From Paramicrosporidium saccamoebae KSL3 (taxonomy: Eukaryota; Fungi; Cryptomycota): 20,588 nucleotides of DNA. A program made the position numbers and the translations under genes. Location: contig MTSL01000128.1 of assembly GCA_002794465.1 (NCBI GenBank), positions 1 to 20,588 of the forward strand. Direction: 5' to 3'. Shown here one piece after another: positions 1-9,142 of the stretch. A model generated the notes under the pieces. That model was not told the DNA's origin and searched no databases. It worked only from the letters and a program-made list of their open reading frames with translations. How positions within the stretch are numbered: the first letter of the stretch is position 1; the number at the start of each line of letters is the position of its first letter.

Positions 1-217
1 CTCCAAACGCTCGGGCCAAGTACGCTATACTTTTAAATAAAAAGGTGACAATGGCCTTGTTGACGATCGTGGAAAAAGAACCAACCAATGGAAGTGCCCC
101 GTTCATAGAAGGGTAGAGACGGGATGTGCCCATTACGCTTACAAGGTGGACGACAATGTAAATGCCATTCACTTTGAACAGGTTGGGCAAGTCCCTGGCA
201 GTTCATCGTATCATTAA
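1..217 (+). CDS. Putative 3' end of an upstream gene (hypothetical protein), join(<1..19,45..217), with a 25-nt intron
   Basis: The frame is open from 41 to TAA at 215-217 (DNGLVDDRGKRTNQWKCPVHRRVETGCAHYAYKVDDNVNAIHFEQVGQVPGSSSYH). The in-frame TAA at 38-40 is removed by a GTACG...AAAAG intron at 20..44. Family not recognised; model inferred. Confidence 0.35.
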
Positions 218-330
218 TTTATCATGGGTATGGGCGATTCAACCAGATCGGGCCCAAGAACCTCATAGACAGACCCTTTATGGGAATCCCTGGACCTTTA
301 TATACTCTCAAACTTACAAATGTATTAAAT

Positions 331-3297
331 ATGAGGAGAGCATTGGCTGGCTCTTCCTTTTGGGGGACTAGAAGATTTGGGAGCGCATGCACAGCCAAAA
401 GTCTCTCAACTGGTTCCAAAATTGACAATTTCACTGTCCAGTCGATTCGGGAGATACCAGAACTCGGAGTGACAGGCATACTAATGCGTCATCCCACCGG
501 TGCCACCGCTCTGCATCTCGCCAAGGACGACTCAAATTGCACCTTTAGCGTCGCCTTTCGCACCTTTCCCCGTGATTCTACGGGGGCACCACACATTCTA
601 GAACATCTCGCATTATGCGGGAGTCGACGATATCCAATTCGCGATCCGTTCTTCAAGATGCTGAACCGGTCGCTTGCCACGTACATGAATGCTTGGACGG
701 GACGAGATTGGACAATGTATCCATTTGCCACTCGGAATATTCGCGATTATGAAAATCTGAGGGGAGTATACATGGACGCGGCATTCAGACCTTTGCTCCG
801 AGAGGAGGATTTTCGGCAGGAAGGATGGAGGCTGGAAAAGGACGAGGACAAGTGGAAAATTTCAGGAGTCGTTTACAATGAGATGAAAGGTGCATTTTCT
901 GATGCCGAATCTCTGTTTTCCACCCGGTGTCAGCAGCAAATGTTCCCAGGCACCTCTTATTCCCATGTGAGTGGAGGCGATCCTCTTGCGATTCCATCTC
1001 TTTCCCATAGGGATTTAGTGGACTTTTGTAGATCCCACTATCATCCCGCAAATGCTCTGTTTTACTCTTATGGTAATCTGGAATTGGAAACTCATCTTTC
1101 CAAGCTCGATGAGACTCTTGGTCAGATTATGGCTGATTGCGGCGAATTTACACCGTTGAGGAAGCCGATGGATGGATTTCAGCCGTTTGCCAATCCCAAA
1201 TCTGTAGAAATCATGGGAAGTATTGATCCAATGAGTGATCCCAACAAGCAGATAAAGATGATTACATCTTTTATTACCAACCCAATCACCAATTCCCAAA
1301 CGACGTTTAATATGCAGATACTATCGTCGCTGCTTTTGGATGGTCCCGCTGCTCCGTTGTACAAGGCGTTGATTGAGTCGAATATTGGAAGTGAGTATGC
1401 TCCGGGGACTGGGTATGACTCTTCTCTTGCGACGACAACCTTTTCGGCTGGTTTGCAGGGAATCACTGCCGACAATGTTCCGAGGGTGGAGGAGCTTGTA
1501 CTAAAGACACTTGAACAAGTGCGGAATAATGGCTTCCCTGCAGAGCGGATCAATTCAGTGGTCCATCAGATCCAACTTGGACTACGGTATCATTCCGCCG
1601 ATTTTGGATTGGGGCTAGTGCAACGTGCTGCCTCTAGCTGGGTGCACGAACAATGTCCGTTGAGCGAGCTGGCAGTGATGGAAAAGGTCAATGCGTTCCG
1701 TAAGCAGTATGATGAGGGAGGATTGTTTGAACGACTCATTGACCAGATGATGGAGAGCAAACATCGATTGACATTTGTTATGCGGCCGGATAGCGAATAT
1801 AATCAGCAGCAGGATAAATTGGAAGCAGAGTTGGTCGAGAAACTGGTGGGTCAACATGATCAAAGCAGCTTGGAGGGCATATTGGAAAAGAATCGAAAGC
1901 TGTTAGAGTCGCAGGACCGGGTTGAGGACAAGTCGCTGCTTCCCTGTCTCGGTATGGCCGACATTAGCGAGTCTATAGAAAAGAGTCCTTATGCAAAGTC
2001 TGTGGATCCACGCAAGAACCTGACCATATTCTCACGTGAATCGCCCAAGGCCAACGGCCTGACATACTTTAAATCCAAAGTGGCAATTAAGCTGCCCAAA
2101 TCCAAGATTGCCCTACTGCCCATGTTGACAAACTGTCTGACAGAATTGGGAGTTGAGAATATGCCGATTGATGAGTTTGATGGCAAAGTCCGTGCCACCT
2201 GCGCCGGTCTCAATGTGTCTGTCCACCAGGAACGGCCTACAAATGAATCTATCGACCCCGCATTGTCACTAGTGTTGTCATCGCATGCATTGGAGGAGAA
2301 TGCCTCAAAAATGTTTGATCTGTTCGGCCTGGCAATAAGCAAGACTAATTGGCAGGATCTCGACCGAATCAGAACGCACGTAAATGGAGCGTTGGCAGGA
2401 CTTGCTAACTCGATCGCTGGTGCGGGCAGCTCATTTGCCTTGTCGCTTGCTGCGGCTCCTATCTCTTCGTACCGCTACAATCGCGAGTTACTCTCGGGAA
2501 TTTCGCAGATCCGAGTCTTGAAGCAGCTGTCGGCCGACATTGAGGGGACTGCCAAATTGCTGCAAAATGTGCTCTATAGAATTGCCGCCAAGAACGCCAA
2601 GGCCATTGCAGTTATTACCCAGGATGCCACCCTCCGTCCTATGATGGAAAGGAGCGCACAACAACTAATGAAACTCATTCCCGCCGCCAAGACGCGGGTT
2701 TCGTTCAAGAGCACTTTACCAGTCACCACCCGGAACTATGCTCTTGAAATGCCCTTCACTACAAACTATGTTGCCCAGGTGTTTGGCACTAATCCTTTTG
2801 ATGACAATCTTGCTGCAAACCTGTCCATTCTCGCTCGGTTAGCGTCGTCGCAGTTTCTACATCGAGAGATTCGGGAAAAGGGTGGCGCCTATGGCGGCTC
2901 TGCCTCGTACAGTCGCATGGACGGATTGTTTGCTCTATATTCGTACCGCGATCCTGACCCGCTTAACACTATCAAAGTCTTTTCATGTGTGGCCGATTGG
3001 CTTAAGAACAGTGTGATTAGTGAATCAGATCTTTTGGAAGCCAAATTGGCCGTGTTTGGAGATTTGGACAAGCCGCAAGATGTAGCAATGGAGGGATTGC
3101 AGCAATTCTTCCATGGCATGGATGATATCAGTAGACAGACTTTCCGGGATGCCCTGATGCGGGTCACTGCCGAATCACTGAAGCAATCTGGCCAAGGAGT
3201 CTTCCAAAATACAAAAAAACGCACTGTTGCCCTGCTAGAAGAGGGAGGCAAACATACGGGCCAACTTTTAGGATTCAAAATTGACAAATACGAGTAA
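331..3297 (+). CDS. CYM1: Mitochondrial presequence protease (Cym1/PreP/PITRM1, M16C metallopeptidase)
   Basis: Inverted zincin motif HILEH in TGAPHILEHLALCGSRRYPIRDPFFKMLNRSL, plus QEGWRLE, GVVYNEMKG, SGGDP and the C-terminal LHREIREKGGAYG and SYRDP. ATG 331 gives an Arg/Ser-rich targeting peptide (MRRALAGSSFWGTRRF); an upstream in-frame ATG at 280 is the alternative start. Confidence 0.95.
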   Translation: MRRALAGSSFWGTRRFGSACTAKSLSTGSKIDNFTVQSIREIPELGVTGILMRHPTGATALHLAKDDSNCTFSVAFRTFPRDSTGAPHILEHLALCGSRRYPIRDPFFKMLNRSLATYMNAWTGRDWTMYPFATRNIRDYENLRGVYMDAAFRPLLREEDFRQEGWRLEKDEDKWKISGVVYNEMKGAFSDAESLFSTRCQQQMFPGTSYSHVSGGDPLAIPSLSHRDLVDFCRSHYHPANALFYSYGNLELETHLSKLDETLGQIMADCGEFTPLRKPMDGFQPFANPKSVEIMGSIDPMSDPNKQIKMITSFITNPITNSQTTFNMQILSSLLLDGPAAPLYKALIESNIGSEYAPGTGYDSSLATTTFSAGLQGITADNVPRVEELVLKTLEQVRNNGFPAERINSVVHQIQLGLRYHSADFGLGLVQRAASSWVHEQCPLSELAVMEKVNAFRKQYDEGGLFERLIDQMMESKHRLTFVMRPDSEYNQQQDKLEAELVEKLVGQHDQSSLEGILEKNRKLLESQDRVEDKSLLPCLGMADISESIEKSPYAKSVDPRKNLTIFSRESPKANGLTYFKSKVAIKLPKSKIALLPMLTNCLTELGVENMPIDEFDGKVRATCAGLNVSVHQERPTNESIDPALSLVLSSHALEENASKMFDLFGLAISKTNWQDLDRIRTHVNGALAGLANSIAGAGSSFALSLAAAPISSYRYNRELLSGISQIRVLKQLSADIEGTAKLLQNVLYRIAAKNAKAIAVITQDATLRPMMERSAQQLMKLIPAAKTRVSFKSTLPVTTRNYALEMPFTTNYVAQVFGTNPFDDNLAANLSILARLASSQFLHREIREKGGAYGGSASYSRMDGLFALYSYRDPDPLNTIKVFSCVADWLKNSVISESDLLEAKLAVFGDLDKPQDVAMEGLQQFFHGMDDISRQTFRDALMRVTAESLKQSGQGVFQNTKKRTVALLEEGGKHTGQLLGFKIDKYE

Positions 3298-3428
3298 CTG
3301 CCGAGTTGTTGGATGGTCAGAGTAACTCGAATATTCCAAATGACCTCTGGATACCCTTCGCTCCTGCCTCCGAATACCAGAATACCCGAATACATACGAA
3401 TAAATCACAAACCTATTTAATACATGTA

Positions 3429-4470
3429 ATGGTGCCGACCGAGGATTCTAAACTGAACACTGCAGAGTATTCAGAACAGGAACAGGAGCTGTGCAAGTTA
3501 AAGGTATCAATTCGATAGAATGAATGATGCTTATAGTAGGAACGGGTGATAAAGATAAAGTCACTGGAGGCCGCAGTATATCAGGAGGAGAGTGCGTACA
3601 AGTCAGAGTTGACGAAGCGCAAGAAACAGCTGACGGGACGTCCATTGCTTATGGAACAGCTCGAGGCCATCGAGGCGAGTCGGCCAGTACGGATGCCGTT
3701 TCTGTTGTGGGCGGCACTGGGACCGGCGAATCTGATCCTTCCCGACCGCGAACGACTGCAATACAAGGCGTCGTATGAACAGTTCAAGGTGTTGGCCACA
3801 GTGACACATTTGTGCATGTCATTGGTGCTGCTGGTAGTGACGGATCGACCGTGGTTGGATGCATTGTCCAACTTTTGTCTGTTATACGCCTACAGCAATA
3901 TGACACTGCGGGAACACGTTCTCCGACTGAATGGTAGCGCCATGCAACGTTGGTGGGTGTGGCATCATTACTTGTGTGTGGTGTTGTCAGGAACACTGTT
4001 GGTATGGCCGTCAGGAGTGTCGTATTATGCACTGCGACGTCATCTGCTGGGCTTTATGGTGTACATTGCCTCGGTGCAGATTCTGCAATATCGCTATCAG
4101 ATGAATCGTCTATATACGCTACGTGCTCTGTCCAAGGTTGGACCGATGCAAACAACCACCGATTCAGCGTCGGTGCATATATCCAACCAATTAGCCTTTC
4201 TCCTCCCTCTAATCCTCATCGGACACGTATTCATGCAAAAAGACTAATCCGTAGATGGTGCAATTCTATAATTGCTATCTGTTCCTCATCACCGCCGCCC
4301 AGGATGCCTATCGGGAGTGGCAGTTGGTGGCCATTGGGGTGCTGTTTGGACTGATTGCACTGGGAAACATTAGTACAACGTTGCTGACCGTGTGGAAGAA
4401 GCGCGGTCGCACCGCCACCCCCATAAGAACCCGATCTTTCTCGGGACGTTCTCCGTCCCGTTCCGATTAG
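3429..4470 (+). CDS. TMEM120: TMEM120 (TMPIT/TACAN) family membrane protein, join(3429..3503,3540..4226,4255..4470), ~325 aa
   Basis: Motifs YKASYEQFK, LREHVLRLNGS, WWVWHHY, VQILQYRYQMNRLYTLRAL, FLLPLILIGH|MVQ, EWQ and LGNISTTL match the TMEM120 family. Two GT-AG introns (36 and 28 nt) join the ORF fragments in frame. Confidence 0.88.
3504..3539 (+). other. 36-nt spliceosomal intron (TMEM120 intron 1) with tandem TAGTAG acceptor
   Basis: AAG|GTATCA...GCTTATAGTAG|GAA. Removal joins MVPTEDSKLNTAEYSEQEQELCKLK to ERVIKIKSLE in frame. The intron contains an in-frame stop. Confidence 0.7.
4227..4254 (+). other. 28-nt spliceosomal intron (TMEM120 intron 2)
   Basis: GTATTC...GACTAATCCGTAG with branch-like CTAAT. 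Removal restores the conserved GH-xxQ segment and the last transmembrane helices. Confidence 0.85.
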
Positions 4471-4782
4471 CCCACCATTAAACAATATTCATTTAAGATT
4501 GGTAATCCAGATAGCAATCTCACGTCCAGTATGCTGAGGGCAGCTGTATACATGTGTGGCGGGCTAAACCGTTAGCCACGTCAAAGGATTAAAGTAGGAG
4601 AGGTAGGTCGCGACTCAAGTATCCATATCGGGGCATCTCACCAGAACTGGTTGCTATTGCAGTAGTTTGGTGCCCAATAGCATGGCTTCCATTCTATTGG
4701 CTAACAATATGCCACATATTTTAATAAAATGCATACGCTCACCAGCAGGCGCTCTTAACAAAACCATTTATTCGTTGTCCCA

Positions 4783-5688
4783 ATGTGGAAACGGTTCTAT
4801 GGAGTGGCATCAATGCCGCTCCGTGACGTACGAGGCAGTAACCCGCTTACATTGTTGGGACGTAAGGGACTACTACAACAGCTGCCGACGGCGGTGGCAG
4901 CAACATTGAAGCCAGACCTCAAGCTGACACAACTCCGAAACGCCGTCCGGATGCATGCGCGTCAACTGCCGTTTCCAGAGCATATGCTTGACATTGACCC
5001 GCTGACTGTCATTCCCGTCCGTGGAGCACATCCCGCATTGTCAGTGGCGCTGCGTAAGAAGGGCGGACGAAACCACCATGGAAAGATTACGTGTCGCCAT
5101 CGCGGGGGCGGCTTCAAACGTCGAATCAGACTGTTGGACAAAAGTCGACTGGCCAAGGGACAGGTGGTCCGCATTGAACACGATCCTAACCGATCCGCTA
5201 AAATTGCCCTTGTGAAGGGAGTGGATGGACGGGTCTTTTATGTATTGGCCTGGGACGGCTGCAAGGCCGGCGATACAGTGGATATGACGGGTCAGCGTAA
5301 TGGTACCACTCTCTCCCTCCTTGATATTGCTCTCGGTACCACCATCCACAATATTGAAACACGACCTGGCCAGGGCGGTCAGTTGTGTCGCTCCGCCGGC
5401 ACCAAAGCTGTACTCGTAGGAAAGTCAGGCGGTGAGGCAAGCATCAAACTGCCCAGCGGTGTCATTCGCAAATTGTCACTGCAATGTCGTGCCACCATTG
5501 GAGTGGTTGGGAATGCCGAATGGCATTTGCGGATATTGGGAAAGGCCGGTCGACGACGCAATTTGGGTTGGCGGCCGACAGTACGTGGAGTGGCCATGAA
5601 TGCCAATGATCATCCTCATGGTGGAGGAAAGGGTGGTCGGTCAAAGGGTAAGCCATCACAATCCCCATGGGGCAAGATTTGCAAATAA
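4783..5688 (+). CDS. RML2: Mitochondrial ribosomal protein uL2m (Rml2/MRPL2)
   Basis: KKGGRNHHGKITCRHRGGGFKRRIR, IEHDPNRSAKIAL, LCRSAGT, LGKAGRRRNLGWRPTVRGVAMNANDHPHGGGKG and SPWG are bacterial-type L2 motifs. A basic N-terminal extension fits a presequence. Confidence 0.93.
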   Translation: MWKRFYGVASMPLRDVRGSNPLTLLGRKGLLQQLPTAVAATLKPDLKLTQLRNAVRMHARQLPFPEHMLDIDPLTVIPVRGAHPALSVALRKKGGRNHHGKITCRHRGGGFKRRIRLLDKSRLAKGQVVRIEHDPNRSAKIALVKGVDGRVFYVLAWDGCKAGDTVDMTGQRNGTTLSLLDIALGTTIHNIETRPGQGGQLCRSAGTKAVLVGKSGGEASIKLPSGVIRKLSLQCRATIGVVGNAEWHLRILGKAGRRRNLGWRPTVRGVAMNANDHPHGGGKGGRSKGKPSQSPWGKICK

Positions 5689-6044
5689 ACCCCATCACTG
5701 TTAGATAAGATAGTAGTAAGTATATCTATGCATTCCAATAAAGTTCAAGTTGGACTAAGTAGTGAGATCATTATTGGAATTGGGATCACCAGCGGATATT
5801 ATTTTACGGGTATTTAATTTATTGAGTAATCCGCCAGGCTAGGTTCTGCTGTTAATGACCGAGTTGCATGGGTTATGACTAGAATTTACGAGTCATGATT
5901 GAACGCTTGCTTTACCAATAATGGATCTCCTCTTCATAAAAATGAGCCTTCTATTTGGCAGGAATAAAGATCCTTCTTAACAAGAATGAACCTCCCGCTC
6001 ATACTCCCACTCATCGTATTCCCATCCGTTGGTCTTGATTTTTA

Positions 6045-7820
6045 TCAAGCAGGCGGCATTGCTTCGTCGGGGCTCGATTTGCGTCGTTTTATATAAACCA
6101 GAATGGCGATTGTAGCCAACACGAGGACCACTCCACCAATCCCTAGACCAATTAACAGGGTCGTGGGAAGCTGCCCGGGAGCGGTAGTTGTTGGCTCATG
6201 TGATCCTCCATTGGTCGTGGTTCTTTGTTGTGGCGCAGAGCCCTCGCTATGGTGTGTCGGTACCGCCTTAAATACCGGTGTTGTGTTGGACTCGGTGGCA
6301 ACTACGTCCCAAATGTCCTGAAAATCGGGTGCATTCTTTAACGTCCAGTCTAGCTTTCTCTCTGCGTCCTCCGCCGCCATGCAGGTCTTGTAATCAAAGG
6401 TGTGTCCGGCTGGATACAACATCTGTAACACCAGTGCTGCCATGCACTCGCCCATATAGCCATCGTGACCGCGGTTTTGAAACAGGAGCCAGTGCTTCCG
6501 TGGAACTTTGATCTCATTATATAGCTCCCAGCCTGGATAGTATGGGGTGTTGAGGTCCATCCGACTTTGTGCAAATGCAAACTCGGTGGTGCTCGACACT
6601 ACAGGCGATCCCAATGTGCACGTCAGATTCTTCTGAGCTTGTTGAAGAGCTTCGTATCGCCAGTGATAAAGTTGCTTGTAGGCCTCACTGGGGTACAGAT
6701 CGTCGTAACTGGAAGACACACTTGGCGGTGCAACGCTCTCAAAACAATAGTCATAGGACAGCAACACTAACGTATTTACCAACGTATTGCTATCGTCTCC
6801 GCCGGCCCAGGACGTCTTCTTGTACACGGGGTTAATGTACTTTTCAAGTGGCTCGATGACTTTTCTCCTATACTCGTCGAGATCTGTACAATCACTAGTC
6901 GCCTTTACAATTGGCAAGATGGCCATCACCGACCGGTATTCACGACTATTGGGAAACCTTTCGTGGTTTCCCATAATTAAATCCATAAGTATAAAGCTCA
7001 ATTCTCGCACTTTCTCCCCTTGGCCAGTGCCCGTAATGTCAAATACGTTATGGAATAATTCTGTGCACTCATTGTAGGATGGATCGATCATATTCCTGAC
7101 CGCCTGTCGGTAGTTTTTCTCCACAGCTCCTCCCATCTTGCTTCGGCAGAATGCATCCATTGCACAATTCTCAGCTATCCCTTGCAGGGATGTATTCCTA
7201 TTCTTGTGAACGGTGGAAATGCCGCCCATGATAACTGAATTGTATAGATTTGGGAGACGCGAAGCGGAATGGTGCGCCCACTCGGAGCCATATGAGAAAC
7301 CATGCAGGACGATCCGCGATCTTTCCGTCCACCCAGGCCCCATTTTTATTGCCAACGAAATCATTCCAACATCCAATGCAGCGTTCTCCAAAGTTACATC
7401 CTGTGCATCAAACGGGCCACTGCTGAGGTGTTTTTGAAGATTGCCTTTCATATCGCTCCATCTGTAACTTGCACTGGCAAACTCACCTGAAGTGCCCAAG
7501 CCTCGATGATCGACAGCGTAGCCGGCCACATCACCATCGCAAATTTCTGTCCACATGTTGGCAGAATCCATCTCATCTGCCCCATAGCCGCCCGGTCCAC
7601 CAGCCAAATAGAGCACATGGATCCAGGGCTTTGAGCCAGGTACGGTGACCTGTTGGAAGCCAACATCAAAGGTCTTTCCATTTGTGGTATAGTTGGATGG
7701 AACCTTTACATACCCGCGTTTTGTGGATAGATCAGTTGAAGCACAAAACTTGTCACTACAGCTGGATTCCCATCGGATAGTGGGGTTTAGATCTCGTAGT
7801 TTGTGTTCCCAATCGACCAT
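6045..7820 (-). CDS. S33/TAP-like alpha/beta-hydrolase serine peptidase with a Thr-rich linker and C-terminal transmembrane anchor
   Basis: Oxyanion motif YLAGGPGG, YAVDHRGLG, nucleophile elbow GFSYG, candidate Asp (RMDLNTPY) and His (NRGHDG). These are followed by a TTT-rich linker, hydrophobic LLIGLGIGGVVLVLATIAILVYI and basic KRRK. Confidence 0.82.
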   Translation of the reverse strand: MVDWEHKLRDLNPTIRWESSCSDKFCASTDLSTKRGYVKVPSNYTTNGKTFDVGFQQVTVPGSKPWIHVLYLAGGPGGYGADEMDSANMWTEICDGDVAGYAVDHRGLGTSGEFASASYRWSDMKGNLQKHLSSGPFDAQDVTLENAALDVGMISLAIKMGPGWTERSRIVLHGFSYGSEWAHHSASRLPNLYNSVIMGGISTVHKNRNTSLQGIAENCAMDAFCRSKMGGAVEKNYRQAVRNMIDPSYNECTELFHNVFDITGTGQGEKVRELSFILMDLIMGNHERFPNSREYRSVMAILPIVKATSDCTDLDEYRRKVIEPLEKYINPVYKKTSWAGGDDSNTLVNTLVLLSYDYCFESVAPPSVSSSYDDLYPSEAYKQLYHWRYEALQQAQKNLTCTLGSPVVSSTTEFAFAQSRMDLNTPYYPGWELYNEIKVPRKHWLLFQNRGHDGYMGECMAALVLQMLYPAGHTFDYKTCMAAEDAERKLDWTLKNAPDFQDIWDVVATESNTTPVFKAVPTHHSEGSAPQQRTTTNGGSHEPTTTAPGQLPTTLLIGLGIGGVVLVLATIAILVYIKRRKSSPDEAMPPA

Positions 7821-8027
7821 TCCGGATGCTAACCCGAGAACGAATGATATGTGGTTGAGGGAATGCTCTGAGCACCAATCACCAAATTACATTAGTTACG
7901 AGGTGCTGATCCGTCTGTTATTCGTCAGCTCATAGTTAGACTACTGAGGTGCTCATTGGTTCATTCTCAAACGAGTCAGTGATCCCAAGACCCTTTAAAG
8001 CCATCACTCTGTCGGATGGCATGAACA

Positions 8028-8288
8028 ATGCGTCTCGCCCAAATTACCATCTTAGCCGCAATTTGTCTATTCGGAGTGGCCAAGGGGGATGATTTCTTTG
8101 AAATGCTCTTTGGCACCAAGCCCTTGAACGGAAAGTTGGGCGAAAGCAGTGTAGCTCCAGAAGAATCTTCAAAACCTGAAGCGACAAGTGCCGATGCGGC
8201 CAGTTCTGATGCAGCCAACGCTGATGCAGCCAACACTGATGCGGCGGATACTACGGTTACTTCAGAGACTGATGCCACAAACGCGTAG
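8028..8288 (+). CDS. Small secreted acidic low-complexity protein (86 aa)
   Basis: Clear signal peptide MRLAQITILAAICLFGVAKG. The mature part is S/T/D/A-rich with xDAAx repeats. Confidence 0.7.
   Translation: MRLAQITILAAICLFGVAKGDDFFEMLFGTKPLNGKLGESSVAPEESSKPEATSADAASSDAANADAANTDAADTTVTSETDATNA
8190..8249 (+). repeat. 4 x 15-nt coding tandem repeat (xDAAx pentapeptide)
   Basis: gccgatgcggccagt tctgatgcagccaac gctgatgcagccaac actgatgcggcggat. Confidence 0.85.
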
Positions 8289-8517
8289 GACTTGCAAATA
8301 AATACCATTCCAAAACAATATTTGTGACTTGGAGAGGAGTCAGGGCATACTTTAATTTAATTATGTATGGTTCAGCTGACTAATCGGCACATTATTATAG
8401 TCTCGGCTGTATTCTCATGTGAAATTGCAGCACCCAAGAGACTACCCGGGGCATTCGAGCTAATCAGGGACTCGCTCGAATTAATTCCTGATTGGTCCAT
8501 CCCATGCGACAAGCTAC

Positions 8518-8895
8518 ATGTTTCATTGGCAGCGTGGCCACAGCGCGGCTATGCACGATCCGCGTAACTTGGCACTGTCACTGCTGCTCTATAACGAAGC
8601 CCTTCCCATCCGCATCACCACCCAACGTGACTACTGGCTCCTTGATGACCAAATCTTTGACGATCAATCCCTCTTCCAGAGATCCGAGCCGTCTGTAGAG
8701 AAACCAATGCAAGAACTCCAACTGGATGAGGAACGGCAAACGCTGTTCCTGGCACCGGCACCGACTCCGGCCCCGGGAACGCCAGTGACAGTGGTGCCGG
8801 AAAAAAAATGTCCAGAGCAGACGCCATGCGAGGGGCTGTTCTTGAGATCTGAGTTGCTTTCCGACAACGAATCTCAAGGATGGGTGATCGCCTAA
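8518..8895 (+). CDS. Hypothetical protein (125 aa; start uncertain)
   Basis: Longest ORF in the gap, with acidic and PAPTPAP-like composition and AATAAA-like sequence about 30 nt after the stop. No recognisable motif. Confidence 0.35.
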   Translation: MFHWQRGHSAAMHDPRNLALSLLLYNEALPIRITTQRDYWLLDDQIFDDQSLFQRSEPSVEKPMQELQLDEERQTLFLAPAPTPAPGTPVTVVPEKKCPEQTPCEGLFLRSELLSDNESQGWVIA

Positions 8896-9142
8896 TTGCT
8901 CACGTTTGCAATTCTAAAGAAAGAATAAACCTACTCTAGTAACCAATTGTAGTCCAGAGTACATGTATGATATAGGGATTGATTAGCTGGACATTTGAAT
9001 GATGGGGTGGATTGACTAGTCAAGTTTTGAGAACAGAAAAATATGTATCCTTACAATTAGCAGTGAACGGGGTTTTTCCGTATCCTCCCACTTGGCGTGG
9101 TCCATGGTACTTTTCCCACTATGAGACACATGAATGGTAAAT

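Noticed and set aside
5650-5740. Short RML2 C-terminus (ends SPWGKICK) as a pseudogene or missed intron
   Set aside because: All core uL2 motifs are intact, no convincing splice pair extends the frame, and short tails are plausible in mitochondrial uL2.
5689-6044. Possible RNA gene or small ORF (GWEYDEWEYERE frame) in the RML2-peptidase gap
   Set aside because: No tRNA or snRNA signature is visible, and the peptide frame has no start or splice support; treated as convergent 3' UTRs.
8367-8698. ORFs 8367..8567 and 8492..8698 as 5' exons of the 8518..8895 gene
   Set aside because: The GT-AG pairs I tested (e.g. 8564..8599) do not bring either frame into phase with the downstream ORF.
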